Shown piece after piece: positions 11,601-24,060 of a stretch of DNA of 64,000 bases (position 1 is the stretch's first letter; the number at the start of each line of letters is the position of its first letter). Position numbers and translations under genes: made by a program. Origin of the DNA: Geosiphon pyriformis uo1 (Eukaryota; Fungi; Glomeromycota); assembly GCA_016748015.1 (NCBI GenBank), contig JAAOMT010000760.1:420219-484218 (forward strand), read 5' to 3'. Below the pieces are notes generated by a model. That model saw only the letters and a list, made by a program, of their open reading frames with translations, was not told the DNA's origin and did not search any database.

Positions 11601-14600
11601 TTTATTTTTTATTGCTATACGAGTGCAGCCCAACCATTATTTAATATACAGAAACAAACTAAGTGTATTAAACTAAATATAGCTTATGTATTTACTATAT
11701 ATAACTAATTATACTACATACTTACATTAATTCCCAACCCATTATTCAAACCTGAAAAAAATAGACAAGTCTTGTATAATCCAAAACTAACAGCAAATAA
11801 TTCAATAATTCCAAGCAGACAAATTACCTTTAATAAGAGAAAGCTAAACAAAATATTATATGTCTTAAGAAAAATCTTTATGTTTTTTATTAAACCACAT
11901 TTTTTTATATTTACCTTATATTTTGATCTAAAATTTCATAATCTATTATGGTACACATTAACCAAATGCTGAATGAAATCAAACATTATCACTACAGTCT
12001 TTTTTTTATTTTTAAATCTAGAAACAGCTTTACTAATCTAATTCCTGAAGACAAATTCTTTACACAAAATTTTATAAATATTAATGTTTAATGTTTCTAA
12101 TAGGAGAGTATGTAATACTAAAGAAGTTAGTAAAAAACAAGGTCTCACCAAAGATGCTTATAATTTAAAGTAATTTAACAAATTCTCAAAGTGCACTAAA
12201 GTATCTTTTAAACAGGTAAAAACATAGTTAGACAGTTTGATATTATTACAAATAAACACAACACATCTGGATATTTTTTGTTATAAAGTTTTTTTTTAAT
12301 TGCAATTGGCAATTTTCTATAAACTATCTTCATTAAATATGTATAGAAGACTACAGAAAATCTATTAGTATAACCAGAAAGCATATAAGAATTTGAATAT
12401 TATATTAAAACAATACAGTGCTAATTAATAATTTAAATAAAAAAATTCTACAGAATTTATATTTAGACTTATTTTCTATTAAGCATAATTAATTGTCTAA
12501 TATATATTGCAAACAAAATGCTAAGTATTGCTTGAAATAACTCAACCATCTGCTAAAATAAATTTTTTATATATATTAATAGATAAAAAAAATATGGAAC
12601 TGTGCTGTAACACTTACAAGATTATTAGTTCTGTTATTATTAACATTTTTTAAATAACTCTTAATGTTTTTGGATTTAATTAAGTTTACTATATGTTACT
12701 TTTCAATTTAGTATTTATTTTAAAAATTAGGCACAAAAAATACAAGCATCAATATATATGCATTTATGATAACTTGATTGTCTGTATACAAAACCACCAA
12801 ACAAGAAGAAAAAACACATTTTAAAACTAAATTAATAGCCTGCAACTTCAACAAAGTTAATAACAGCAAACCAAAAATTCTTATACTTAAACTAACTTCA
12901 ATCTCAAAAAAATATATTGTAGTTTTATATACTATATTAACTATACTCAGATTATATAAAGAGCCATTAATATAAACATTAATTTTCTTTGTCCAAAGTT
13001 TATGTAAACACTTATGAGCATCCAAAAATTCACTTGAACCATAAAAATCTGAATAACCAAAATTCAAGCCACACTCAACAAGTTCAACAAAAGAATTATT
13101 TATGTAAGCTACAGCTTTTACAAATTACACTGGCACTAAGTTTTTTCAACTCAGTCTTTTCTAATAACAAAAAATCTTCTAATTCATAATTGATTTATGT
13201 TTGTTTAGTAATCTATTACCAAAAACAATACTAAGTTGTTTTAAAAAGCAAACCACATCAAAATAACATAAGTTACTTAAAATCTTTAATATAAAAAAGT
13301 GACTAAAAGAACAAAAAGCACAAAAATAACTTATTTATCAAAGAAATATTGTTATCCAAAAAGATCTTCATCATATTTTCCAAAAAATTGTTTATAAGAC
13401 TGACTTTTAGCTTGACAAAAAATTGCAGTGAATTTTTTAATACTCAATCTGTAATTTATAAATCCAGAAAACAATATATAAACAGATGACCAAAAATACT
13501 CACTGTATTAAAAAACCAAATCAATGAACCCACTTTGTTTTTTGTTTAAAACTGCTTGAATAATTTTAGTTTATATAACAATAGATAATATAAAGTTTTA
13601 TTGAAAAAGTCTCTTGGCAAATTAGTCTTAAACCTAAGTTCTTTTCTAATTATAACATCTTACTTATAACATATACTCTTAGACACAAAACTGAATTGTG
13701 TCCAGTAATCAACAATAGATTACAAAACTGCTAAAACTAAGTAGAAAAATTGTTTATCTAATATAGTCTTCTTAAATATTATGTTTAAAAAAAACCTAAT
13801 ATCTAAATATGTTTTGACAAGACTTGGCTTAAACATACTTTTTGTTAATAAAAAAATATTCAAATATTTGTGAAATTTTTTACTTTTGGCAATGAAAATA
13901 GGTTGGTTACCAATATATAATAAAACAGTTAAAATTTTCTGATTTATAGAAATCACAACTATTTTTTTATTGTTGATGTAAATATTATTTATTTTAAAAA
14001 ACTGATTAGTTAAATTCAAAATCTACTGTATTAAAGCCTAATTATTTTTAATTTAAATAGTGTTATTTATAAAAGCACTTACTATAAAGAAAAAAGTTTT
14101 CTTTTTACTGATTTCTATCTTATTTGTCTTAGCCACAAAATTGGTATTAATCTGATATTTACACAAATGCTCTTAATTCTTAACTTTACACAATAAAAAA
14201 TCATAGAAAATTTTTCAAAAAAGTGGTGAAAAAATTTTATTCTAATACAGTCTATTATGTATTGTGTAATTATTTGAGAGACCAAAATTTGCTATTACTC
14301 TGTTAATTTTGTTTTTATAAATGTTTTCAAAGAAGTTAATAAATCTGTTGTACATTCTAATTTTAAACTAGCTTCTAAATAATATTATCTAACTAAATTG
14401 TAAGCTTTATACATGTTTTAAAAAACCAACCACAGCTTTTGCCCTTTTTTTAAACTATTTTTCACAATAAAACTAACAGCAAATACTGAAGATTAAGTTA
14501 AAATATTCTTTAAGACTGAAAAATTGTCATTATAAAAAACATTAAATTTGTTACAGACAGATAAAATGTGATCTGAAAAAATTTTAAACAAGATTTTTTT

Positions 14601-14990
14601 GGCAGTTTCAATTAGTGCTATAAGCTATATATTAATTAAAATATTATTCCAATTATATGGCTTAGAGATTATTAAAATCTATGCTTTTTTTCAAAAAACT
14701 GAAACATTTTTAAGAGTTAAACAAGCATTCAACAGATTCAACAGACAGTTTACTACCATATTATTATATTGTTTTTAATATTTATTAATTATGCCAGATA
14801 CACCAACAGCTTTGTCATTATACAAGCTGCTAATTACTAAAATCAAATTTATATTGCTAATAGTACTTATTATACCAAAAAAAACATTCTTACTTATATA
14901 TACCAAAAGTATATACTAATGAGTTTACAAATTAGGCAGAACTAAAGAAGTCTTATACTCTTTTGTCTAATTTTTAGATTATTAATCAAG
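11601..14990 (-). mobile_element. Heavily decayed 5'-truncated LINE (RT, RNase H, C-terminal Cys region, 3' UTR)
   Basis: ORF 13720-14019 aligns with RT C-terminal region 59383-59729. ORF 12720-13067 has RNase H remnants (INVYINGSL, LKLQAI, YTDNQ). The 3' UTR at ~11612-11720 matches other LINE ends. Confidence 0.82.
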
Positions 14991-15031
14991 TTAATAATTA
15001 AGTTATTAATTATTTTTTAAAAATAGAATAG

Positions 15032-15935
15032 TGTTACAGGTGATTATTTAGGTGAGTGAAATAAATAACAAATCCATAACTTGGTGTTTAATAGCTGAAA
15101 TGGTGTTGGTATCAAAAAGTTTTTATGATCTAAAGGTTTTAGTTAAATTTTTTATATAATAAACAGAGATTTAATAAGTAATTTTAGTAGTCTTTCCGGA
15201 ATTACAATTCTATCTAATTTTTGTTTTTAGTGTGGTGACCAGTTTATTCTGGCAGTTATGCTTTTCTGGTAAGCTATCTATAAATTCTTTAACCTTATAA
15301 CTTTCCTTTGGAGTCTTTTATTAAGCTATCTTTAACATCAATTTAATTAGTGTTTAATTTCTCAAATTAATTAATAAATTACAACAAAAAAAATAGAAAT
15401 AAAAGAGAAATAAAATAAAGAAAATAAGCCAAGGCAAGAAAAAGTTAGTATTCCATCAATAACTGTGATTAAGAGCTATTGGTTAAGTAATAGCAAGTAT
15501 TAACATAAATTGTTAATAGTAAATAAATAGATAATAATAGTAATAAGTATTTTATTGATGTTTGATGTTTCTATTTCAAGTTATAGAATACTATTGTATG
15601 AAAAAATGAAGAGAAATTTGAATTGGAGATTTTAATCTAAGGATTTTGTTCTTTTTGTTTTTAATACTATTGCTATATATACATAAATTTTATTATATGA
15701 GATTCCTTGAATTTCTCAATTTTTTAGCCAAAAATCCTAAAATTTCTGGAATTCTACAATTTCTTGAGAAGAATCCTGGAATTCTGCAATTTTGCAATTT
15801 CTTATACTAGAATCCTATAATTCTGAAATTCTGTGATTCCTCTAAGAGGAATTCTAGAATTCCACTTTTACTGTATTTTATTCTGATTGGCTAATTTGTA
15901 TACTAATATATAATTCCTATATTCTATGAGTAATA
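15032..15935 (-). repeat. 3' LTR of element C
   Basis: TGTTACAGG…GAGTAATA termini, adjoined by the reverse complement of the PPT (TTATCTCTTCTTTTT). Confidence 0.9.
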
Positions 15936-15948
15936 TTATCTCTTCTTT

Positions 15949-16577
15949 TTAATGTTAAGCTCTATCAAGATCTTTTATCTCTTCTAACTTTTTTTCTTTG
16001 ATTAACTCCTAAATTTTTTTTTCAAGAATTACTTGAGTTATTTTAATCTGTAATTTTTTAAATTAGACATTGGTCATTTTTTCTAATTGATTAATGGTAA
16101 CTGTATTTATCACTGGATTAAGTAGTATTGCTAATCAATCTTGAAATTCTGTATATAGCCAATATATGACTTATGTTTGTGTAAACAGATTGTTTTTCTT
16201 CACAATTTATTTGATTTGTTGTAGTATTGTTGTGTTAAATAGTTGTTTTGTCTTATCAATATACAAGTTTTGAATATTTATAGTTTGTTCCAAGTAATAA
16301 TAACAAAAGTTTCTTGGAAATTGTTGTAATTACTATTCCCAAGTTTTTTTGGTTACTTCTTGATATGATACAGTTGTTTCTGATGTTTTTATTGACAACT
16401 TTACTTTTGTTATTATCTTGTCTATAGTGTTTTCCAATTTTCTGTGCACTTTGTATTGGATTTTCTTTTTATTATTCTTGTACTGAATAGTTGGTTGATT
16501 GTGATTTCCATGTTTTATTGTTAAATTAATTGGAATAGTTGTTGTGCAAATAAGTAGATATCATCAGTAATTTCCAT
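15949..16577 (-). pseudogene. ORF3 (unknown function) of element C
   Basis: Starts MEITDDIYLFAQQLFQ and ends next to the PPT; homologous to 53813-54448. Confidence 0.75.
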
Positions 16578-16639
16578 CTTTTATTGTTGCTTTTGGTCAT
16601 GTTTATTGTGTTTTTATATATTATTCTGTTTAATCACTT

Positions 16640-18008
16640 TGATGTGTTTGTATTAATAACATTCCAAATTTTATGAAATTTTATCTGGTTAGACTAGTAT
16701 TTATTGTACTTTCAGTTGTGAAATATTACTGGTAGATAATGATACTATATTGTAATATGATTTTAGCCAATCTTTATGTACTATTTTGATTAAAATTTTG
16801 TTATCCCATTTTAGTTTGTAAGTTCCATTTCCTAGAATTTCTTTTATGTGAAATAGTCCATTCTATTTGGGATAAAATTTTCCACTTCATTGTTTTTTTG
16901 CTTTGGTATAATGTAAAAGTACTTTGTTTTCAATCCTAAATTTAACTGGTTTATTTAGTAACTGGCTATTATGTCGTTTTTTTTGTTTTTTTTGTGACTT
17001 TTAAATGTTATCAGCTGCTTTTCATCTTTTGTTTTCTAGGGTTTCTATTAGTTTATATGTTCTTCTTAGCAATGTTCTTTGTAAATTGGCTTCTGTTATT
17101 AATTCTATTGGATATGTGTTAATATTTATCTCAATTGGTAATATTGCTGTTCTATCATAAACAAGTTTAAATAGTGTTGCTTGTATGGTATTTTGCTTCA
17201 TTGTTTGATAAACAAATAATACTGATAATATAAACAAATCTTATTCATCCTGGTTTTTTTGACTGATTTTGGCAATTGCTTCACATAATGTTCTGTTGAA
17301 TCTTTCTACTAAACCATTTGTTTGTAGATGATATAATAATAATAATGGTCTTTTGATTTCAAATCTTTGGCTTAATTCTGCTAATGTTCTGTTTACAAAG
17401 TGAATTTTTTGATTTGATAATAAATTTTTTGAATATCCATGTTAATAAATCAAATCTTGATGAATAAATTTGGCTATAGATTCTGCATCTGTTTTTTGAA
17501 TTGCTTTTGCCTCTGGCCATTTTATAAGATAGTCTATGGCTACTGCTATATAATAATTGCTTCTGCTGGTTATTGTTAATAATCTGATTAAGTTAATTTT
17601 AATTTTATTAAATAGTTGTTCTATTTTGATTGGTCTTAATGGTTTACTGGATTTTGTTCCTCTTTTTTTCTGACAAGCATCACAATTTTAAACATGTTAA
17701 ATAATGTTCAGATACATTAATGCCCAATAATATCTTTTTTTGGTTTTTTCTATGATTGTTTTTTTATGAAAATGTCCTGTTGTTGAATCTGAGTACATGT
17801 TGAATAGTATTGTTTTTTTCTCTGGTTCTGTAATTACTTTAAGTAGTTAATCTGAATTCTTTCTGTTTTTTCAATATAGTATATCTTAGTAAGTAATAAA
17901 ATACTTTGATTGTTGTTTTATATTGTTTTATTCTTTTTGAATTAATTTTTTCTTAAACTGCTGGGTATTAATATAGTGTTAGATTTGTTAATATTTTTGT
18001 GTATTTAT
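16640..18008 (-). pseudogene. Integrase ORF of element C
   Basis: HHCC remnant (SDSTTGHF…CDACQK), core remnants (TNGLVERFNRTL), ORF 17022-17237; many stops. Confidence 0.85.
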
Positions 18009-18039
18009 TTTTTAGTATATTTTTAGGTTTAAAATATTC

Positions 18040-21000
18040 TTAGATTTGTTTTATTTATAACAAACCATCAGCATTTCTATTTTTTTTCTTTTTTATAATG
18101 TATTTTATATTTAAATAGTGAAAGTTCTATTTTCTATCTGGCATAATAGTTATTTCCAAATTTTTGTTTTTGGATTAATGTTAATTTTTTGTGATTAGTA
18201 TATACTTCAAATTTCTGGTTTAAATACTTTTTCTATTTGATGACTGCCTAATAGATAGCTAAGTGTTCTAGTGCTGATGTTCTATAGTTTTTTTCAATTG
18301 AATTCAAACTTCAATTGGCATATACTACTAAATGTTTTCATCTATTCAGTTCTCTTTAAGATAGTACTGTTTCTAATGCTTGGTTTAATGCATTGGTGAT
18401 AATAATAAATAGTTTATTGTAATTTGGATAAATTAATACTGGTACTTAAATAAGCTTTTTTCTTAGTATATTGAAAGTTTTTTGTTGAGCTTTAATTTAT
18501 TCATATTTCACATTCTTGGTTTGGAGCTGGTGGAATAGTTGAGCCAGTTTGAAGAAGTTTTGAATAAACCAGCAGTAGTATCCAGCAAATCCCAAAAATG
18601 CTTTTAATTCTGTAAAATTTGTTGGTACTAAAAAGTTCTTAACAATCTCAATTTTATCTGGATCTGTCTTAATACCATCTTTGCTTATGACATGTTTCAA
18701 GAATTTCAGTTTTGTTTTGTCAAAGAAGTATTTGGTTGCATTCAGTTTTAATCTAGCTCTTTATAGTTTCTTAAACACTTGCTGTAAATAGTACAGATAA
18801 TTATTAAATGTTTTTGAGAACACATTAGTGTTATCCAAATAAACAACTACTAATTTTTATTGCAGTCTGATATAAACAATTTCTATAAGTAACTGGTGCA
18901 TTAGTTAAGCCAAATAGTATTACTTTAAACTTAAAGTTTCCCTCTCTGATAGTAAATGTGGTCTTTTTTTTGTTGGCTGGATTTATAATTACTTGCCAAT
19001 AACTACTGTCTAAATCCAAAATAAAAAACCATTTCTTTTCTTCAAAAGCATCAAATAATTTCTGAATTTGTGGAGTTGAATAATTGTCTTTATAAGTAAT
19101 ACTGTTAAGTTTTCTGTAATCTATACAAAAGCAGATTTTTTCATTCTTCTTGCAAACTAATACCACTGATAATGATCATAGACTCATTGATGATTGAATT
19201 AATCCATTGTTTAACATCTGTTGATTTCCTATAAGATGACTTCATGGCTTGCTGGTGGTACTTGATATGCTTATTGTTTTATTAGCATCATATTTTCAGT
19301 TTTGATTTAATATTAGATGATATCAGTTCTGCCAAATTTATTTTTACTGACAAAAATATTAGTGAAATTGTTAAGCAACATTTTAAGCTGTATTTGTTGA
19401 AGTGAATCTAAGTTTTCCAAGTTTATTTGTTCTAATTGTTCTGGTTGGAGCAAATAACATTTTTTTTGTCTATATATTGCTTATAATATAATATCTACAT
19501 ATTTACACAGTTGTGGAAAATCTGGAATAGTGCTTAGTAATTGGTTTTTAATTTTAGTGTTTAAATATTTAATGATAGTTTTGCTTGGTATTTCAATGAT
19601 GTCTTCAGTTGTATTATGGATGGAAATTTTAATGTGTTTATAGTTCTTAACTGGTATGTAGAAATTGGTAATTCCAATCTTTTCTGATTTACAAATAGTT
19701 GGTTTCATTTCAAAAATTTGGGGCTGATCTTTTAATTTTCTTTCTATTACTAATATATACTGATTATATAGTAAAATAAAAATTAATTATAAATGAAGAT
19801 AATTTCTTCTTTGTTAATAACTTTTTTCTCTGCCATATTAACTGGTATATCTATTTTATCTGTTAATCCAAATTCTTTTTTCCCTTTTGCTGTAATCTTA
19901 AACTTTTTTTTTTTCTTACTAACATTAATTAAGCTATTTTTACTAAAAATAAGAATATTGTCTGTGTTATTTTTTTGTTTGGTTTAATAATATATGGTTT
20001 TTCTAAATTGTTTTGTAGTATTGCAATAATATTTCCTACATATTCTGCATCAATTATTCCTTCTTTAATGTTAATTCCTTTCTTTGCCAAACTAAATCTA
20101 GATGCTAATTGAACTATAGTTGTTGCTGAAATTTCCAGTGCTACTTTAAAATCAATGCATGTACACAAATGTGGTTCTAATTTGATAGTATTTTTTTTTG
20201 AATATTTCAGATTAAATTCTGCATTAGTATTATGTATATGTTTTGGCATAATATCTTCATTATTATTACTAAACCATTTAAGTTCTTGCTTTTTTAAAAG
20301 ATCAGGAAGTGTAATGTATTGTTTTGAGTTTGAATTGAAGTTTGAATCTTCACTGTTGTTATTGCCATATTGAACAGAACTGGAACCATTATTATTATTA
20401 TTGTTATCAGAGTTTAAATCATGATTAAGTGGCAATTCTGATTCTGTTTCACAGCTGCTTATTGATTTTTTCTCTTCTGGAATCATGTAGATTATGTGTG
20501 ATAGTGGATTGTAGATAAGATCACAATTATTACAATACTTGAAATTACATAGTATTAAACAATAGTTTCATAATCAGATGTTTAGCTCTTTTAAACATTG
20601 TTTTTGCTTTTTTTGTGTAGGTGCCAAGTTCTAATAGTGTTTATGAAATTGCTTTAAATCATTTTTAATATTATCAAAGATGTCAAAAATGAAAATGTAT
20701 TTTGGTTTGAATAGTGAGAATAGATTATTCTTAATTTTTATCAGTTTGCTGGACAAAGTACTTTCAACTTTGGCACTTGTCATTCTCCAAATCTTGTGTT
20801 TATTATGTGGATATTTTTTTAGGCATTATAATATTCGTTTTTAGATATTGTTGATTGGAGTTTTTTTTTGTATCCAATCATTAATTAGAATCATGTACTA
20901 ACATATTTTGTCACATGTTTTGCCTTGTCCAGAAATGTCATTCCACATTTTTTTTTTGGGCAGAATTGTTTTATATGTAAAATAAGATTTATTATTCCAT

Positions 21001-21088
21001 TTTTTTTGATGCTTTGGTCATTTAAAATGTTCAAGGATGTATGGGCAACAGTAATATTTTGTTGCCATAGATTATTCTTCATTGTCAC
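18040..21088 (-). pseudogene. pol 3' part of element C: Cys-rich region, dUTPase, RT, RNase H
   Basis: dUTPase ORF 19929-20486 (NAEFNL, SRFSLAKKGI, GIIDAEYVG); RT 18831-19166 (FCIDYRKLN, LDLDSSYWQ, FGLTNAP) and 18497-18700; RNase H ends NADGL at ~18060. Confidence 0.9.
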
Positions 21089-21945
21089 TGTTACAAGTGA
21101 TTATTTGGGATCTCAAATCAAATAATAAACTCATAACTTGGTGCTTAAGAGTGGATTTAATTAGTAATATTTGAAGGTTTTGGTTGAATTTTTTGTATAA
21201 TAAACAGAGATTCAAGTGTTGTTTTATTCGTAGCTTTCCAGAATTGCAATTTCATCAAATTTCTTTTTTTAACATGGTGGCCAGTTTATTCTGGCAGTTG
21301 TGTTCTTCTGATAAGCTATTCTTAATTTTCAAGTATTCTACTCTTGTTTCATGGGTTTTTTACCAAACTATCTTTGATGTCAATAACTTAGTGCTTAATC
21401 TTTAATCAATTAGTATACAACAATAAAAAAAAATAAAAAAAATAAAATAAAATAAAAAAGAAATTTAAGCCAAGACAATTTATGTTAGTATTCTGTTAAT
21501 AGCTGTAATCAAGAACTATTGTTCTAGTGTAATCAAGTATCAGATATTATTAACATAAAATGTTAATAGTGAAAAGAGTAATTTAGATAATGAATAATTA
21601 TTTTTATTAATATTGATAATTCTAACTAAGATGTTTTAATAGAGAGATTTTGGTAATAATTTTGTCTTTTCTGCTTCTAATGCTCTTAGTATATATATAT
21701 AATTTGGATTCTATGAGATCACTTATATTCTTGAGCAATGTGCTATAATTTTTCAAGCAATGCTTATATTGTTAAACAATGTGTTATAATTTTCTGACAT
21801 TGCTCCATATTGTTAAGCAATATGCTGTAATTCCTGACAATACTCTATATTGCTAAGTAATATGTTTACATGTTAACTATTATTCTCCTATTGGTTTATC
21901 TGTTTTTCTTACTATTTTCTTGTATGTTTTTTTCTATGAGTAATA
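21089..21945 (-). repeat. 3' LTR of element D (orphan; no matching 5' LTR in the window)
   Basis: TGTTACAAG…GAGTAATA termini plus adjoining PPT. A-type U3 repeats, unlike the C LTRs. Interrupts the Cys-rich coding region of C. Confidence 0.88.
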
Positions 21946-21958
21946 TTATCTTCTTCTT

Positions 21959-22593
21959 TTAATATTGAGCTCTATTGAAATTTTTATTTTGAATTAGTTC
22001 TATAACTTCTCTTTCTAGTATTATTTGTTCAATTCTGGTTCTTATATCTTTGATTTGCAAGTTGTTCATTCTTTCCTATTGGTTAATGGTTATTGTTTCC
22101 ATGTTAGAATGTAACAATATTTCTGGGTAGTTTTGAAATATCATGTATAGTTGATAAATTGTTCTAATATGTAATATTAAATTTGTTTTTTTTCTAATAA
22201 TGTTTTTAATATTCTGTATTATCTTTTAATTGAATATTCTTTTGGCTTTATCAAGATATAACTTCTAAATATTCAACTTTTGTTCTAACTGATAGTAGCA
22301 GTATGGTATTAAAAGTTGTTCTGTCTACTGTTTTTAATTTTTTTTGAAAGTTTTTCTGTTGGAACCATAATAGATATTTTCTCAAAAATGTTCTTTATTT
22401 TTTCTATTATTTTATCTGACCAGTTTTTTGGTTGGTTTTGTGGTCACTAATATGATGTGTTTTTTTCTTTTTGTTTGATGTTTTAATAGCAGATTGTTTG
22501 GTGGTTGATGGTAATTTCTATGTTTAATTGTTGTTGATTTAAGGCTTGAAATAATTGTTAAGTTAAGATATGAATATAATTTGGTATTTCCAT
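21959..22593 (-). pseudogene. ORF3 of element D
   Basis: Starts MEIPNYIHILT; near-colinear with 53813-54448. Confidence 0.8.
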
Positions 22594-22649
22594 TTTCTTT
22601 GTTGCTTTTATTGCATATACCATGTTTTTATATATTTTTTTAGTCAATC

Positions 22650-24030
22650 AACTTGATGTGTTTAAATTAATGATTATAATTGGTTCTAAATTTTATGGAA
22701 TCTCATTTGGTTGGACTAGTATTCATTGTATTTCTAGTTGTAAAATATTACTGGTTAATAATAATGTTGTATTATAATATGATTTCAGTCAATTACTATG
22801 TACTGTTTTGGTTAAGATTTTGTTGTCTTATCTCAGTTTGTAAGCTTTATTTCCTAAAATTTTTTCAATGTGAAATAGTTTGTTCCATTTGGGATCAAAA
22901 TTTCCATTCTATTGTTTTTCTACTTTAGTACAATATAAAAATACTTTGTCTTTAATTCTGAATTTTACTGGTTTATCTGGTAACTAATTATTATGTCATT
23001 TTTTTTGTTTTTTTTGTAACTTTTGAATGTTATTAGCTATTCTTTGTCTTTTGTTTTTTAATGTTTCTATTAATTTATATGTTTTTTTTAGCAATGTTCT
23101 TTGAAAATTAGCTTCTGTTATTGATTTTATTAAATATGTGTTAATGTCTATCTTAACTAGTAATATTGCTGTTCTACCATAAACAAATTCAAATAGTGTT
23201 GCTTGTGTAATATCTTGCTTCATTGTTTGATAAGCAAATAATACTAATAGAATAACCAAATCCCATTCATCCTGGTTTTTTGACTGATTTTGGATATTGC
23301 TTTACACAATGTTCTATTGAATCTTCTCACTAAACTATTTATTTGTGGATAATATGGTAATAATAATGGTTTTTTAATTCCAAATCTTTGGCTTTAATTC
23401 TGCTAATATTCTGTTTACAAAATGTGTTCCTTGATCTAATAACAATTTTTTTGAACATCTGTGTCAACAGATTAAATCTTGGTGAACGAATTTAGCTACA
23501 AATTCTGCATCTGTTCTTTGAATTGCTTTTGCTTCTGGCCATTTTATGAGATAGTCCATGACTATTGCTATATAACAATTGTCTTTACTGATTATTGTTA
23601 ATAGTTCAACTAAATCAATTCCAATTCTATCAAATGATTGTTCCACTTTAATTGGTCTTAATGGTTTACTGAGTCTTGTTTCTCTTCTTTTTTGACAAGC
23701 ATCACAATTTTAAACATATTAGATGATATTTGGATACATTAATAACCAATAATATTTTTTTTTGGTTCTTTCCATAATTGCTTCTTTATGAAAATGTCTT
23801 GCTGTCAGATCTGAGTGCATGTTATATAATATTGTTTCTTTTTCTAATTCTGTAATTACTCTGAATAGTTAATCTGGATCCTTTCTGTTTTTCCAATATA
23901 ATATATTTTAGTAAGTAATAAAATATTTGGATTGTTGTTTTATGTTGTTTCATTTTTTTTAAGATAATTTCTTCTTGAACTACTGGGTATTAATATAGTG
24001 TTAAAGTTGTTGATATTTTTATGTATTTAT
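22650..24030 (-). pseudogene. Integrase ORF of element D
   Basis: ORF 23464-23646 (FDRIGIDLV…MDYLIKWPEA) and ORF 22996-23259; HHCC region upstream. Confidence 0.88.
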
Positions 24031-24060
24031 CTTTTGTTATATTTTTGGGTTGAAATGTTC

